A stretch of DNA of 64,000 nucleotides from Octopus vulgaris. Its lineage: Eukaryota. The translations under genes were made by a program, and so were the position numbers. Numbering within the stretch: the stretch's first letter is position 1; every line of letters starts with the position of its first letter. Shown here piece by piece: positions 1-11,235 of this stretch. The notes under the pieces are model-generated. The model had not been told where the DNA came from, searched no databases, and saw only the letters and a list, made by a program, of their open reading frames with translations. Where the stretch lies: contig OX597834.1 of the NCBI GenBank assembly GCA_951406725.2, forward strand, positions 15,500,001 to 15,564,000. Reading direction: 5' to 3'.

Positions 1-150
1 TGTTGTGCCTGTATTTCAAAGGGCCAGCCTTGTCACACACTGTCTGTGGAGTGCTCAGCCACTTACGCATTAATTTCACGAGCAGTCTGCTCCGTTGATC
101 AGGTCAAGGATCAACTGGAACCCACATCGTCGTATCCAATGGAGTGCCAC
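1..150 (+). mobile_element. SINE 3' tail fragment (tail shared by families B and C)
   Basis: gtatttcaaagggccagccttgtcac...ggagtgctcagccactt...ttaatttcacgagcag matches 10950-11125 and the reverse complement of 18090-18270. Confidence 0.75.
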
Positions 151-321
151 GTAATTAAGTACAGCAGTAGAACATTTCAGCTCCTATTTCTAGCAATATA
201 AGTATTTCTTAACACCCTAGTCACATTTAAAGGCAATTATAATTTTCTTTTTTTTTTGTGAAACTTTGCAATCTATTGCTTATATTAATTACACACACAC
301 ACACACATATATACTCTCTCT

Positions 322-542
322 CTCTTTTACTATTTTACTTGTTTCAGTCATTTGACTGCGGCCATGCTGGTGCACCGCCTTTAGTCGAGCAAATCGACCC
401 CGGGACTTACTCTTTGTAAGCCCAATACTTATTCTATCGGTCTCTTTTGCCGAACCGCTAAGTGACGGGGACATAAACACACCAGCATCGGTTGTCAAGC
501 AATGCTAGGGGGACAAACACAGACACACAAACATATACACAT

Positions 543-611
<69 letters not shown>

Positions 612-774
612 TACGACAGGCTTCTTTCAGTGTCCGTCTACCAAATCCACTCACAAGGCATTGGTCGGTCCGGGGCTATAGCAGAAGACACTTGTCCAAG
701 GTGCCACGCCGTGGGACTGAACCCGGAACCATGTGGTTGGTAAGCAAGCTACTTATCACACAGCCACTCCTGCG

Positions 775-778
<4 letters not shown>
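322..778 (-). mobile_element. Full-length tRNA-derived SINE, family A, with internal (TA)n/(TG)n tract
   Basis: Minus strand reads an A-box-like tggctgtgtg..aag, a B-box ggttcagtccc, a body, a microsatellite, and a tail ending cagcatggccgcagtcaaatgactgaaacaagtaaaa; more than 10 homologous pieces in the window. Confidence 0.85.
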
Positions 779-812
<34 letters not shown>

Positions 813-1232
813 TGTGTGTGTGCATGATACGATATATACGATATAATTGTGCATATCTACGGGTCAAATCAAACCAGACTTTACTCGGAGTTAAAAACGG
901 AAAATAACAGTTTAGGTAACTCCACCATGCCTTTCCTTTTAAAGCATTATCAAATTGAAACAATACTAACGCGTTTAAATAAATCGTTACGGCGCACGGA
1001 AAGTGTACAAATGTCAAAGCTTCACTTTATTTCGAAATGCTTTACAGCTACGTCATTTGTGCAATAGTAATGCCTTCCGGAGATGCATGCACGTCACGTA
1101 TTTTCAATGCCTTGTCTCTGGGCGATGTTATTGCAACATATTGAAGTAAAGAAAGTTATATGATTCTATGAAAATGTTTTAAAAACTTCATATAATCTTA
1201 AGTATTTAATGTCTTTATAGATTAATGTATAA

Positions 1233-1234
<2 letters not shown>

Positions 1235-1289
<55 letters not shown>

Positions 1290-1474
1290 GGCTCTGTGAC
1301 GGGCGTATGTTGTAGATATAACGATTGACACACGTACATAAACACATACACAACACACACACACATGTACACACGCATACACACGGACGCATAGATAGAT
1401 AAATATAAACATATATATGATTGAGTGTGTGTATGTGTGTGTATGTATCTGTGTTCCTAATTGTTATTGGTACG

Positions 1475-1560
<86 letters not shown>

Positions 1561-1822
1561 TATGTGTCCACATATACACACACGCAAACACATCAAGACA
1601 CATACACACACACATATATATATTTATGCATATATATGTATGTATATATATGTATATATATGATTCGGTGATTCTTCATGTGTATATGTATATGTATGTA
1701 AATATATATATATACCTGTATATACATGTATTTTATATATATATATTTATCTATACGATGTGTGTACTTATGAATGTATGTGTAGTGTGTGAGTGAGATG
1801 GATAACGGCAGAGCTAGAGAGC

Positions 1823-1854
<32 letters not shown>

Positions 1855-1880
1855 AAGAGAGAGTGAGAGAGAGAGAGGCC
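1235..1880. repeat. Compound (TA)n/(CA)n/(GA)n microsatellites
   Basis: Direct inspection. Confidence 0.9.
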
Positions 1881-2544
1881 GTTAAAAGTCTAACTACTAA
1901 GCGTAATCGCTTACCGAAATTATGCTATTTGTCTCGATAACTTTCCACAGAATTTTCTACAGGAAATTGAAATGAAGATACGGAAAAAAAATAACACAGC
2001 GAAACTAAAATTAGACAAAATAAAATAACACAAATAAATAAAAATTCGACATAACAAAACAACAAATATATACATAAATAAGAACTACATACATATATAT
2101 ACATATACATATATATATATATATATATATTGTTATATTTCGGAATTTAAACCTATATATATATATATATGAGAGAGAGGGAGAGACAGAGAGAGAAAAT
2201 TTGCAATAAAACAAAATAGGCTAGAATTAATAACAAAGTGCGATCACAATATAAATTGCTATATAACCATTCTGTTCATGATAAAAGAGCCCCAACAATT
2301 TGCTTGGAGTTTATTCAAAGAAATTATATAATGGAAAGAGGATAGAAGAGCTAATATGGCCGTCTTTAATTTGAAAATGTTAAATCTACAAGAGATCGCC
2401 AAACTGTTGTGTGTGTCGATAAAGACGTGTGTAGCTTCTGTGTGTATGTGTATATGTTTGTATTTCATCGTCTGTATATGTGTGTTTGTTTGCATGTGTG
2501 CACGGATGGATGAATATGTCTGTGTATATGTGTGTGCTTTCGTG

Positions 2545-3270
2545 GATGTATGTATGATGTTTGTATGTATGTATGTATGTATGTATGTATGTTTGTATGT
2601 ATGTATGTATGTATGTATGTATGTATGTATGTATGTATGTATGTATGTATGTATTTATGTATGTATGTATGTATGTATGTATGTATGTATGTATGTATGT
2701 ATGTATGTATGTATGTATGTATGTATGTATGTATTTATGTATGTTTGTATGTATGTATGTATGCATGTATGTTTGTATGTTTGTATGTATGTATGTATGT
2801 ATGTATGTATTTATGTATGTATGTATGTATGTTTGTATGTATGTATGTATGTATGTATTTATGTATGTATGTATGTATGTATGTTTGTATGTATGTATGT
2901 ATGTATGTATGTATGTTGTATGTATGTATGTATGTATTTATGTATGTATGTATGTTTGTATGTATGTATGTATGTATGTATGTATGTATGTATGTATGTA
3001 TTTATGTATTTATGTATGTATGTATGTATGTTTGTATGTATGTATTTATGTATTTATGTATGTATGTATGTATGTATTTATGTATTTATGTATGTATGTA
3101 TGTATGTATGTATGTATTTATGTATTTATGTATGTATGTATGTATGTATGTATGTATGTATTTATATATGTTGTATGTATGTATGTATGTATGTATTTAT
3201 ATATGTTGTATGTATGTATGTATGTATGTATTTATGTATGTATTTATGTATGTTGTATGTATGTATGTTT
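2545..3270. repeat. (ATGT)n tetranucleotide microsatellite, ~0.7 kb
   Basis: Direct inspection; source of the spurious MYVC ORFs. Confidence 0.95.
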
Positions 3271-3531
3271 ATATACGTATGGCTCTATGTATTTGTGCAT
3301 AGGTATGTTTGTCCGTGTGTGTTAAGAATTTATAAAATTTTTCACCAACAGACACAAGGTTTCCAACGAATAACAGGGTCTTTTCATCACAATTTAGACA
3401 CAATCAAATGTGGTCATTTATGTCTATAGATATGTGTGTGTGTGTGTGTGTGTGTATTTGTGTATATATGAATAGATGTAGGTAAATGTATGTTTCCTAT
3501 ATGTATGTTTATATAGGTATGTATGCATATG

Positions 3532-3681
3532 TCACTGTGGTAAGTAGCTTGCTTCCCAACCACATGGTTCTGGTTTCAGTCCCACGGCGAGGCAACTTAG
3601 GTTAGTGACTTCTTTTATGGCCTCAAGACCACCAAGGCCTTGTGAATGGATTTGGTAGACGGAAGCTAAAAGAAGCAGGTC

Positions 3682-3683
<2 letters not shown>
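3532..3683 (+). mobile_element. SINE family A, 5' half
   Basis: gtggtaagtagcttgcttcccaaccacatggttc...ggatttggtagacggaa, ending at (TA)n. Confidence 0.8.
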
Positions 3684-3729
<46 letters not shown>

Positions 3730-3799
3730 GACCGGCTTGATAACCGATATTCCTCAAGCAAGTAGTATTGTTTAGTATTGTTCTCAAATAGAAGTACGG

Positions 3800-4167
3800 C
3801 ACAGAAATTTTCCGAAAAGTACGTTTCAAGGGTCACAGAAAAATACGATTATGACATTAAATACGAAAGCATTGCCTCACCTCCTTACTCTCCTGACCAT
3901 GGTCCGTCAGATGTACATCTTTTCAAACTCTTGCAACTCTACATAGAAGGAAAACAATTTATTAATTATGAAATGCCATTGAGTGTTTCTTGGCTTCGAA
4001 ACTTGAAGATTTTTACGCTTGAGAGAGCGACAGCTTGCCATTTAGATGGCATTCTGTTATTAATAATGAGAAGAAATATTATCTTGATTAAATATATAAT
4101 TAAAACCAAAGAACCATTTGTTTCTTTCCCATTTCGAAATGTGACAGGATTTTCTTTCGGCCTAATA
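3800..4167 (+). mobile_element. Mariner transposase C-terminal remnant with probable 3' TIR
   Basis: ORF 3778-4197 contains PPYSPDHGPSDVHLFKLLQLYIEGKQF, matching the mariner YSPDLAPSDYHLF motif; ends in ...ggcctaata like mariner TIRs. Confidence 0.8.
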
Positions 4168-4462
4168 TTTTTCACTTATGCAGTTATTTACGTATAAATC
4201 CATGCGAGTAGGCATAGATTGTGCAGTATGTATAAGTATTATATATGTATATAGTATATTACATCGGAAAGGAAATCGTAGCATTCAAACAGTCATAAAC
4301 CGGAAGAAGAAACACCTTACAGGAACCTAAACAACAGCCATGTGTTTCTTCTCAAAATTATAGCCTTTTCCCTTTTCTTTCTTTATTTCTTCCTTCTTTC
4401 CTTTTTGTGTCGTCTGCTCTTAAATTCAGTTTATGATTTTCTTGCATCTGTGGCCCTAGCTA

Positions 4463-4800
4463 TCTCTCTATATATAAATGGGAAAATATCTGTCTGTGTG
4501 TGTGTGTATCCTTTATACAAATCCACAGGTTTTCAAATAGAGGGGTCGTACTTTCTATGGTCATTCAAAACCGTCCAAGGGTGGTCGTGCACATCTTTAC
4601 ATTTCCCCAGTCATCCCGCAAAGCTATTAAAAACATCAATAGAAGTGCCTTTTTTCTGAATTTTCTATCCAAAACCCAATCAAAATGCCCGAAACTTGAT
4701 ACGCCAATTGAATGCCAACTAGCTGTATGTGATTGGTCGGAGATTTGGACAGTACTCGCGTGTATGTGCGCATGTACGCATCTGTATATGCATGCACTAG
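4463..4800 (+). mobile_element. Possible non-autonomous Helitron-like element
   Basis: Starts TCTCTCTATATATAAATG...TCTGTCTGTGTG and ends in CTAG, but has no convincing subterminal hairpin. Confidence 0.3.
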
Positions 4801-4828
4801 CACTATATATTATTTACTATAATGTTGA

Positions 4829-5325
4829 AGTGCGTGGCTTAGTGGTTAGGATGTTGCACTCATGTTCGTAAATTCGTGGTTTCCATAAATGGAGCAGACG
4901 AGGCGTTGTGTTCCCAAGGAGCAGACGATACGTTGTGTTCCCAAGGAGCAGACGATACGTTGTGTTCCCAAGGAGCAGACGATACGTTGTGTTCCCAAGG
5001 AGCAGACGATACGTTGTGTTCCCAAGGAGCAGACGATACGTAGTGTTCCCAAGGAGCAGACGATACGTTGTGTTCCCAAGGAGCAGATGATGCGTTGTGT
5101 TCTCAAGGAGCAGACGATGCATTGTGTTCCCAAGGAGCAGACGATACGTTGTGTTCCCAAGGAGCAGACGATATGTTGTTTTCCCAAAAAGCAGACGATG
5201 CGTTGTGTTCTCAAGGAGCAGACGATGCATTGTGTTCCCAAGAAGCAGACGTTGCGTTGTGTTCTCAAGAAGCAGACGATACGTTGTGTTCTCAAGGAAA
5301 ATACTTCATTTTCCGTTGCTCTAGC
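4829..5325 (+). mobile_element. SINE family B copy with an internally amplified minisatellite
   Basis: Head gcgtggcttagtggttagg at 4832; body resumes as aaatacttcattttccgttgctct after the array. Confidence 0.7.
4890..5297. repeat. 27-bp minisatellite (gagcagacgatacgttgtgttcccaag), ~15 copies
   Basis: Contiguous tandem units; 9-aa periodicity (EQTIRCVPK) in the ORF track. Confidence 0.95.
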
Positions 5326-5994
5326 CCATACTATAATATAAAGATTTTGAGACCGGAATTAACAGAATTATCAACAAATGCATTTAACCAAAATACACCG
5401 CAATGGGACCGAAATCAAGACCTTGTGAATACGAAACGAAAATCTGATGCAGCAACACAGTTCAGGTAAAGGGTTTCTTCATAGTTTCCATCAACCCCTT
5501 TCTATCCAATTCCGCTCAAAACCTAGGAAATACATTAACCAAAATACACTTCAATGGGATCGAAATCAAGACCCCATGAATACGAAGCGAAAATCTTTAG
5601 AATTTCTGCATTCAAACCGCCATGAACCGTAACAAGAAACTAGAAGCAACTCTTACAAACTTCAACAGCCATAATATTTCCTCTCAAAATTATAGTCTTT
5701 CTTTGCATTTACTGCCTTCATTCTTTCTACCTTTCCTTCTTCCCTTTTTTTCTTTTTGCGCCGCTTGTTGCTAAATTTCATTTATGATTTTCTTGTGTGT
5801 GAAAATAATGATTGTAATTATCCAGTTATCTCCAGTCTAATGCGCCCTCTGGTGACAGACTTAATTCAAACATCGGCAGCGTAGTACATCCGACCGCTGA
5901 TTACTTTGCACTGTTGCTGCATATTGCAACACGACTTTTGGTATCCGTTGTTTCGTACGTCTATTTCCTTCTTGGCTCTATTCCTACCAGTTAA

Positions 5995-6105
5995 TACACA
6001 CACGCACACACACACACATACATACACACGCGCCGCGTACACTCGCACACACACACACACACGGACGCACACTCACACACGTACACACACACACACATAT
6101 GTATG

Positions 6106-6145
<40 letters not shown>

Positions 6146-6162
6146 TGTATATATTTATATAC

Positions 6163-6194
<32 letters not shown>

Positions 6195-6281
6195 GCATAT
6201 GCCTATGTATCTAGATAAATAGATATGTATGTGTGTATGTAAGTATGTATACGTGTATATATAAACGTTTATATATACACG

Positions 6282-6313
<32 letters not shown>

Positions 6314-6347
6314 CATACATACATACATACATACATACATACATACA

Positions 6348-6378
<31 letters not shown>

Positions 6379-6580
6379 GTATATATATATATATGTACAT
6401 ATGTATATAGATATACATATATATATTTATACATATATACATACATTTATGTATATGCATATGTATATATACATGCGTACACACACGCACACACACACAT
6501 ATATATATGTGTGTTTGTATGTATATATGTATGTACATGTAGACATGTATATATGTATATATGTATGTACATGTAGACAT
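5995..6580. repeat. Compound (CA)n/(TA)n/(ATAC)n microsatellite
   Basis: Direct inspection. Confidence 0.9.
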
Positions 6581-7289
6581 GTCTGCATTCCATTCATTAC
6601 AGCAAACATCTGAACGAAGTCTTCTCTGTTTCCTGTATATTTCTCCAGTTCATTATAACTTCCATTGCTTGAGTAAATTTTGTAAGAATTTAATGTCTCT
6701 TTTTGCGATTTGCGTTTGTTCACAGACTTCATGGGAACTTGAATTATGCCCCTGCCAGCATCATTATCTCAATGGTACAATTTTGTTTTATTTATCAAAC
6801 ATACAGGTGGCCCAAAGCGGGATATTTCAAGTCTAAAACCCTCACTATGTAAGCGATAAAATGAATGATTTAACAAAGTTTACTTTTCTTTTAAATTGCT
6901 AAGTTTCATATTTCAGTTAACGTTAAATCATATTCCTATACCGCAGGGAAACTAGTCGAAACAGCCATTCATACACTATTTTCATTTCTATATTTGAAGC
7001 CACAAGCTTGGGTCTCAATGTGACTGTTTGATATAGTAGAAACAGCGGCCAAATAAATGTTCCACGTTCTCTTGTTTCAAGCCTTCCGTTGCTCTATTAC
7101 TTTTGACACAATGATTTTGTCTTGATTAATTTTGAAGTTGATGAAACATTTAATAAAATAATTTTGTCAGCTGATATTTTGTACATAATATAACATGAAA
7201 TTCTGACAGAAGTTTTTAATGTAGAACTCCTTTAAAACAGAAAGTTTGTGTTACAAAATTAACTAAGGCTATAAACGAACTATGAAGCC

Positions 7290-7715
7290 CGAGTCTGTTT
7301 TTATCTTTATTTGTACTGTTTTTTTCTTTATTTGTACTGCTTTTACGTCCTATTCTTGTCACCTTTTTTTTACCCCTCCGCAAAAAATTTTTATTTAATT
7401 CATTTGCGGGAAGGACTATTTCAGGCTAGTCGTGTTCTGCCCTTACCTTCAAAACACGCAATGAGTCGAAGCAGGGGAAGCTGAAGAAGGGGAATGTTCC
7501 CTCTGTTTTTTGTCTTGTACTCTGTTTTTCCGTTGTTAAAAAAGTCCGTTTCCTTGTTTTGTTTCTATGTTTTCGTTTCTCGTTGTGTTCTACGTTTAGT
7601 TGTGTTCTACGTTTATTTGTGGTGTCCTGTACTCATATATGCATGTATATATACATATAGATGTAGATATTTACATATATGTATGTATGCATATGTTTTA
7701 TTTATTAAATTGTTA

Positions 7716-7720
<5 letters not shown>
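7290..7720 (+). repeat. Unclassified dispersed repeat, possibly a retroelement 3' end
   Basis: cgcaaaaaa...tgcgggaaggact...ctgaagaaggggaat...gtcctgta recurs at 28600-28860 and 31400-31680, and weakly (reverse) at 46240-46500. Confidence 0.55.
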
Positions 7721-7773
<53 letters not shown>

Positions 7774-7775
<2 letters not shown>

Positions 7776-7814
7776 GTCGTAAGAGTGGCTGTGTGGTAAG
7801 TAGCTTGCTAACCA
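7774..7814 (+). mobile_element. SINE family A, 5' head piece left of the LINE insertion
   Basis: gagtggctgtgtggtaagtagcttgctaacca; the rest of this SINE resumes at 10057. Confidence 0.8.
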
Positions 7815-8514
7815 CACATGCGCAGTTAGTCGGTTGCTTCCTGTTGAGCTAGAGTGGACGTGAGTAACAAGCTCCTTCCAACTAAAGAAAAAAGACCAAA
7901 AACGGAAAGTTGTCGAGGTAAGTGATTTTGTTTATTGTGAGTTGGGCATAATTTATTGCGTGCCAATTATTATTTCAGTAGGTTGTGTCCAACTCTGAGA
8001 CAATTTCGCCTGCGCTAGGCGGCTGCCGTTTTTGTGTTCATTGAAAAAAAAAAAAAAAGAAAAAACAGTGGAGGGGCGTATCCTCAGAATTCAATACAGT
8101 TACTGTTAAAATCACCGTTGGCGGTAGCCAGTGCTGTGTTTGGATTTGTTGAATTTATTCCCTTGTCAGAGTACTTCGCAAGAAAAGTATAAAAATAAGC
8201 CACTATTGGATTACCTTTCGGACCTTTTTGTGGAGGTTGTGTTGCAGTTGCGGTGTTCCAGGTTCAACCCAGGCCGGGAGTACCGCAAGGCCAGAATATT
8301 TTTGCTGTGGTTTTTTCTGTTTATTAACTTTCTTTTGAACTTCATTTACCCCCCCCCCTTTTGTTTTTTCTTTATTGCGACTTTCCGTTAATTTCTTCCC
8401 TTCTGTTGTGCTTTCTCCTTTTTGTTTTTTCAAAAATCTATCAAATTTATTTAGACTTTTGAACTTTTTTCTTCCTGCTTTTGAGTCTAATTTGAATATA
8501 TTTTTTAAAAAAAC

Positions 8515-9759
8515 ATGGCAATGAAAAATAACAAAGTTTTGGAGTGGGAAATCATACCACCCAAAAAGTGGTTGAAGGACCGTGAAGATAGGACGGTGGT
8601 GTTGAGAACCTACTCCAAGGCACTTGACACCATCGCCCTATTCGAAAAGACGGCAATTGAGGAGGAGTTGGAGGAGTATTTGCCAACAATTAAATTCATT
8701 TCCAGGGGTGTCAAATATGGAACGGTGTGGTTGCTGTTTGACACCCCTGAAGAGGCTTGCAAATTTGCTAGCGAACCCTTGGAGGGTAAGGAAATCTTAT
8801 TCCTGCCCACTTACAAAAAAAAGAAATTGATGAAAGCTTGGATCTGCGGACTGCCACCCGACATAGAACCCGAGTGGATAGAGGAGACTATCCGCCGGGG
8901 TCTGGGTGACAGCGAAACTAAGCTCCTCAATGTAAAAGTTCTTCCTGCGGCTGCTTGGGTTGGCTCGAAAGCAGTTTTGACCCTGTGGACCCAATCAGCC
9001 AATCTGGTTTTTCCAGATTTTTTGAAAATGGCCGGGTGCAGGTACCCGGTGATGCTTGAGGGTCGCCCCCCTAAGTGTCATCGGTGCTTGGAGTCCGGCC
9101 ACATAAAGAAGAACTGTCCTCGGGAACAAAATAGGATCCCGGAACAGGTAAGTAAAACCCCTCTAGAAGAGGGAACGATAACGGCCGAGAAAGCAGAGGA
9201 CTCCTCAAGCAGAGGCCGAAAGAGGAAGGTGAGCAACAATGGGTGCTCACCAAAGGATAATAGGGATGAGGAGAGGAGGGCGAATCTTCCAGCCACGGAG
9301 GAGACGCACCCTCCCTCAGTTGAAAAGGGAAAAAAAAAGAAAAAGAGGAAGAAAAACGGGACGTTGCCGGCTGTCAGTGTGGCACCGGAATGTCGCGGAA
9401 CTACGTCGGTTGGGGTTGTGCCACCGACAAGAGAAGGAATACCGTTGACGGAAACTGTGCCGCCAACGAAAGAACTGAATGTATTGGTCCTCTTCTATAG
9501 AGGAGGAGAAATTGAAAAAGTGATGGAAGAGCACTACAAGGGAGCACCTTTAGCCTTCACACAGGACCCCGAATGGCCTCCGCAGGTAGCTGTGGAGGCC
9601 GTGGCGTTCGACGTGACGCTAGGGCTAAAGGAGCTCAATGAAGACTATAACTTGGTCCCGGGCGACGCGAACTCGGAACTTGACTACGTTCTGAGGGAGG
9701 CGGGGTTGATGGTGGAGGGCGCGGGCACAAGCTATTTCGAGGACGATATGTATTATTAG
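8515..9759 (+). CDS. LINE ORF1p/gag-like nucleic-acid-binding protein (RRM-like regions, CCHC zinc knuckle, basic low-complexity C-terminus)
   Basis: Intact, GC-richer 414-aa ORF with CHRCLESGHIKKNCP (CX2CX4HX4C), RRM-like GTVWLLFDTPEEA and AWICGLPPDIEPEWI segments, and a basic KKKKKRKK stretch. Confidence 0.85.
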   Translation: MAMKNNKVLEWEIIPPKKWLKDREDRTVVLRTYSKALDTIALFEKTAIEEELEEYLPTIKFISRGVKYGTVWLLFDTPEEACKFASEPLEGKEILFLPTYKKKKLMKAWICGLPPDIEPEWIEETIRRGLGDSETKLLNVKVLPAAAWVGSKAVLTLWTQSANLVFPDFLKMAGCRYPVMLEGRPPKCHRCLESGHIKKNCPREQNRIPEQVSKTPLEEGTITAEKAEDSSSRGRKRKVSNNGCSPKDNRDEERRANLPATEETHPPSVEKGKKKKKRKKNGTLPAVSVAPECRGTTSVGVVPPTREGIPLTETVPPTKELNVLVLFYRGGEIEKVMEEHYKGAPLAFTQDPEWPPQVAVEAVAFDVTLGLKELNEDYNLVPGDANSELDYVLREAGLMVEGAGTSYFEDDMYY

Positions 9760-9884
9760 TAATGGACTTAAGTCCAAAAATTGAAAAATTGTAAGAGGAT
9801 TAATACCTCGTTTTGTATTAATAATGGACTGCTCAGCCCAAAATTGGAAAAATTGTAAGAGGTTTAATACCTCGTTTTGTGTTA
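9760..9884 (+). repeat. Two ~62-bp tandem repeats directly after the ORF1 stop codon
   Basis: taatggact...aaaattg.aaaattgtaagagg.ttaatacctcgttttgt.tta occurs twice. Confidence 0.9.
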
Positions 9885-10056
9885 ATCTTTTTTAAAAAGA
9901 ACAATGTTTTAGAGAAGCAAAAGTCGGCGGGCGCTTTCTGTCTTCTCCCATCCTTATCATCTTTCTTTCATTATCATTCACCTCATTAATGTCCTCGTCC
10001 AGCCCGCAAAGCTAACTTAATCTGTGTACTGCCTTTATGGCAAATGTTTTGAAATA

Positions 10057-10206
10057 AAGTAGCTTGTTTACCAACCACATGGTTCCGGGTTCAGTCCCAC
10101 TGCGTGGCACCTTGGGCAAGTGACTCCTACTGTAGCCTCGGGCCGACCGAAGCCTTGTGAGTGGGTTTGGTAGACGGAAACTGAAAGAAGCCCGTCGTAT
10201 ATATGT

Positions 10207-10245
<39 letters not shown>

Positions 10246-10335
10246 TTGATTGATTTTGATTTTTCCAGTTTCAGCTTATGAGCTGTGGCCATGCTGGGGC
10301 ACCGCCATTTTAAAGGTATATATATATATACCACC

Positions 10336-10384
<49 letters not shown>

Positions 10385-10385
10385 G

Positions 10386-10424
<39 letters not shown>

Positions 10425-10586
10425 ATACGTTTGAGTATCTGTATTTGTCCCCTCAACATCGCTTGACAACCGATGCTGGTGTGTTCACGTCACCGTAACT
10501 CAGCGGTTCGGCAAAAAGGACCGTTAGAATAAGTACTAGGCTTACTAAAAGCGGTGCTCCAGCATGACCACAGTCAAAGTAAAAGA

Positions 10587-10588
<2 letters not shown>
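10057..10588 (+). mobile_element. Remainder of the interrupted family A SINE, with an inverted LINE-type tail piece (10255-10312) in its microsatellite
   Basis: aaccacatggttccgggttcagtcccactgcgtggc...gcggtgctccagcatgaccacagtcaaa. Confidence 0.85.
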
Positions 10589-10617
<29 letters not shown>

Positions 10618-10637
10618 TGTATGTATGTATGTATGTA

Positions 10638-11235
10638 GAGGCGCGTGGCTTAGTAGTTAGGGTGTTAGACTCATGATCGTAAGATTTCTGTTTCGATTCT
10701 TCGACTGGGCGACGCAAGTGAGAGAAAGTTGTGGCGAAAGAGTCAGCAGAAGTTCGCCATTACCTTCTGCCGGAGCCAGGTAGAGCTTAGGTGTTTCGCT
10801 ATAGTGAGGGCGCGTGGCTTAGTGGTTAGGGCATTCGGCTCATGATCGTAAGGTTGTGAGTTCGATTCCCGGCGACGCGTTGTGTCCTTGAGCAAGACAC
10901 TTTATTTCACGTTGCTCCAGTCCACTCAGCTGGCAAAAATGAGTTGTACTTGTATTTCAAAGGGTCAGCCTTGTCACTCTCTGTGTCACGCTGATTATCC
11001 CCGAGAACTACGTTAAGGGTACACGTGTCTGTGGAATGCTCAGCCATTTGCACGTTAATTTCACGAGCAGGCTGTTCCGTTGATCGTATCAGCTGGGACC
11101 CTCGTCGTCGTAACCGGCGGAGTCTTTTTAAAGGAGTTTCGCTCATAAACACACACACACATCACCCGGTCTGAGATTCGAACCTGCTCTAACCACTAGA
11201 CCATGTGCCTCCACCACTAGGCCATGTGCATCCAC
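10638..11235 (+). mobile_element. Nested SINEs, including a near full-length family B copy (10807-11125) with a CORE-like domain
   Basis: A box gtggcttagtggttaggg, B box gagttcgattccc, then tgtgtccttgagcaagacactttatttcacgttgctccagtccactcagctgg; family-C-like pieces on the minus strand flank it. Confidence 0.8.

Larger units (their letters stand above)
7815..10056 (+). mobile_element. Non-autonomous ORF1-only non-LTR element (Tx1/L1-type, HAL1-like)
   Basis: ~700-bp 5' UTR starting catgcgcag...gcttcctg...ggacgtg, one 414-aa ORF, ~300-bp 3' UTR ending aataaa; flanked by aagtagcttgctaacca (7798-7814) and aagtagcttgtttacca (10057-10073); no EN/RT sequence seen. Confidence 0.75.

Noticed and set aside
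4890-5297. CRISPR array or repeat protein (EQTIRCVPK)n
   Set aside because: There are no spacers and the unit derives from a SINE.
6580-6840. Unique sequence with short ORFs on both strands
   Set aside because: No recognisable domain or convincing exon structure.
7470-7505. ctgaaga followed by a hairpin (also at 31450) as a hammerhead
   Set aside because: No GAAA follows the hairpin.
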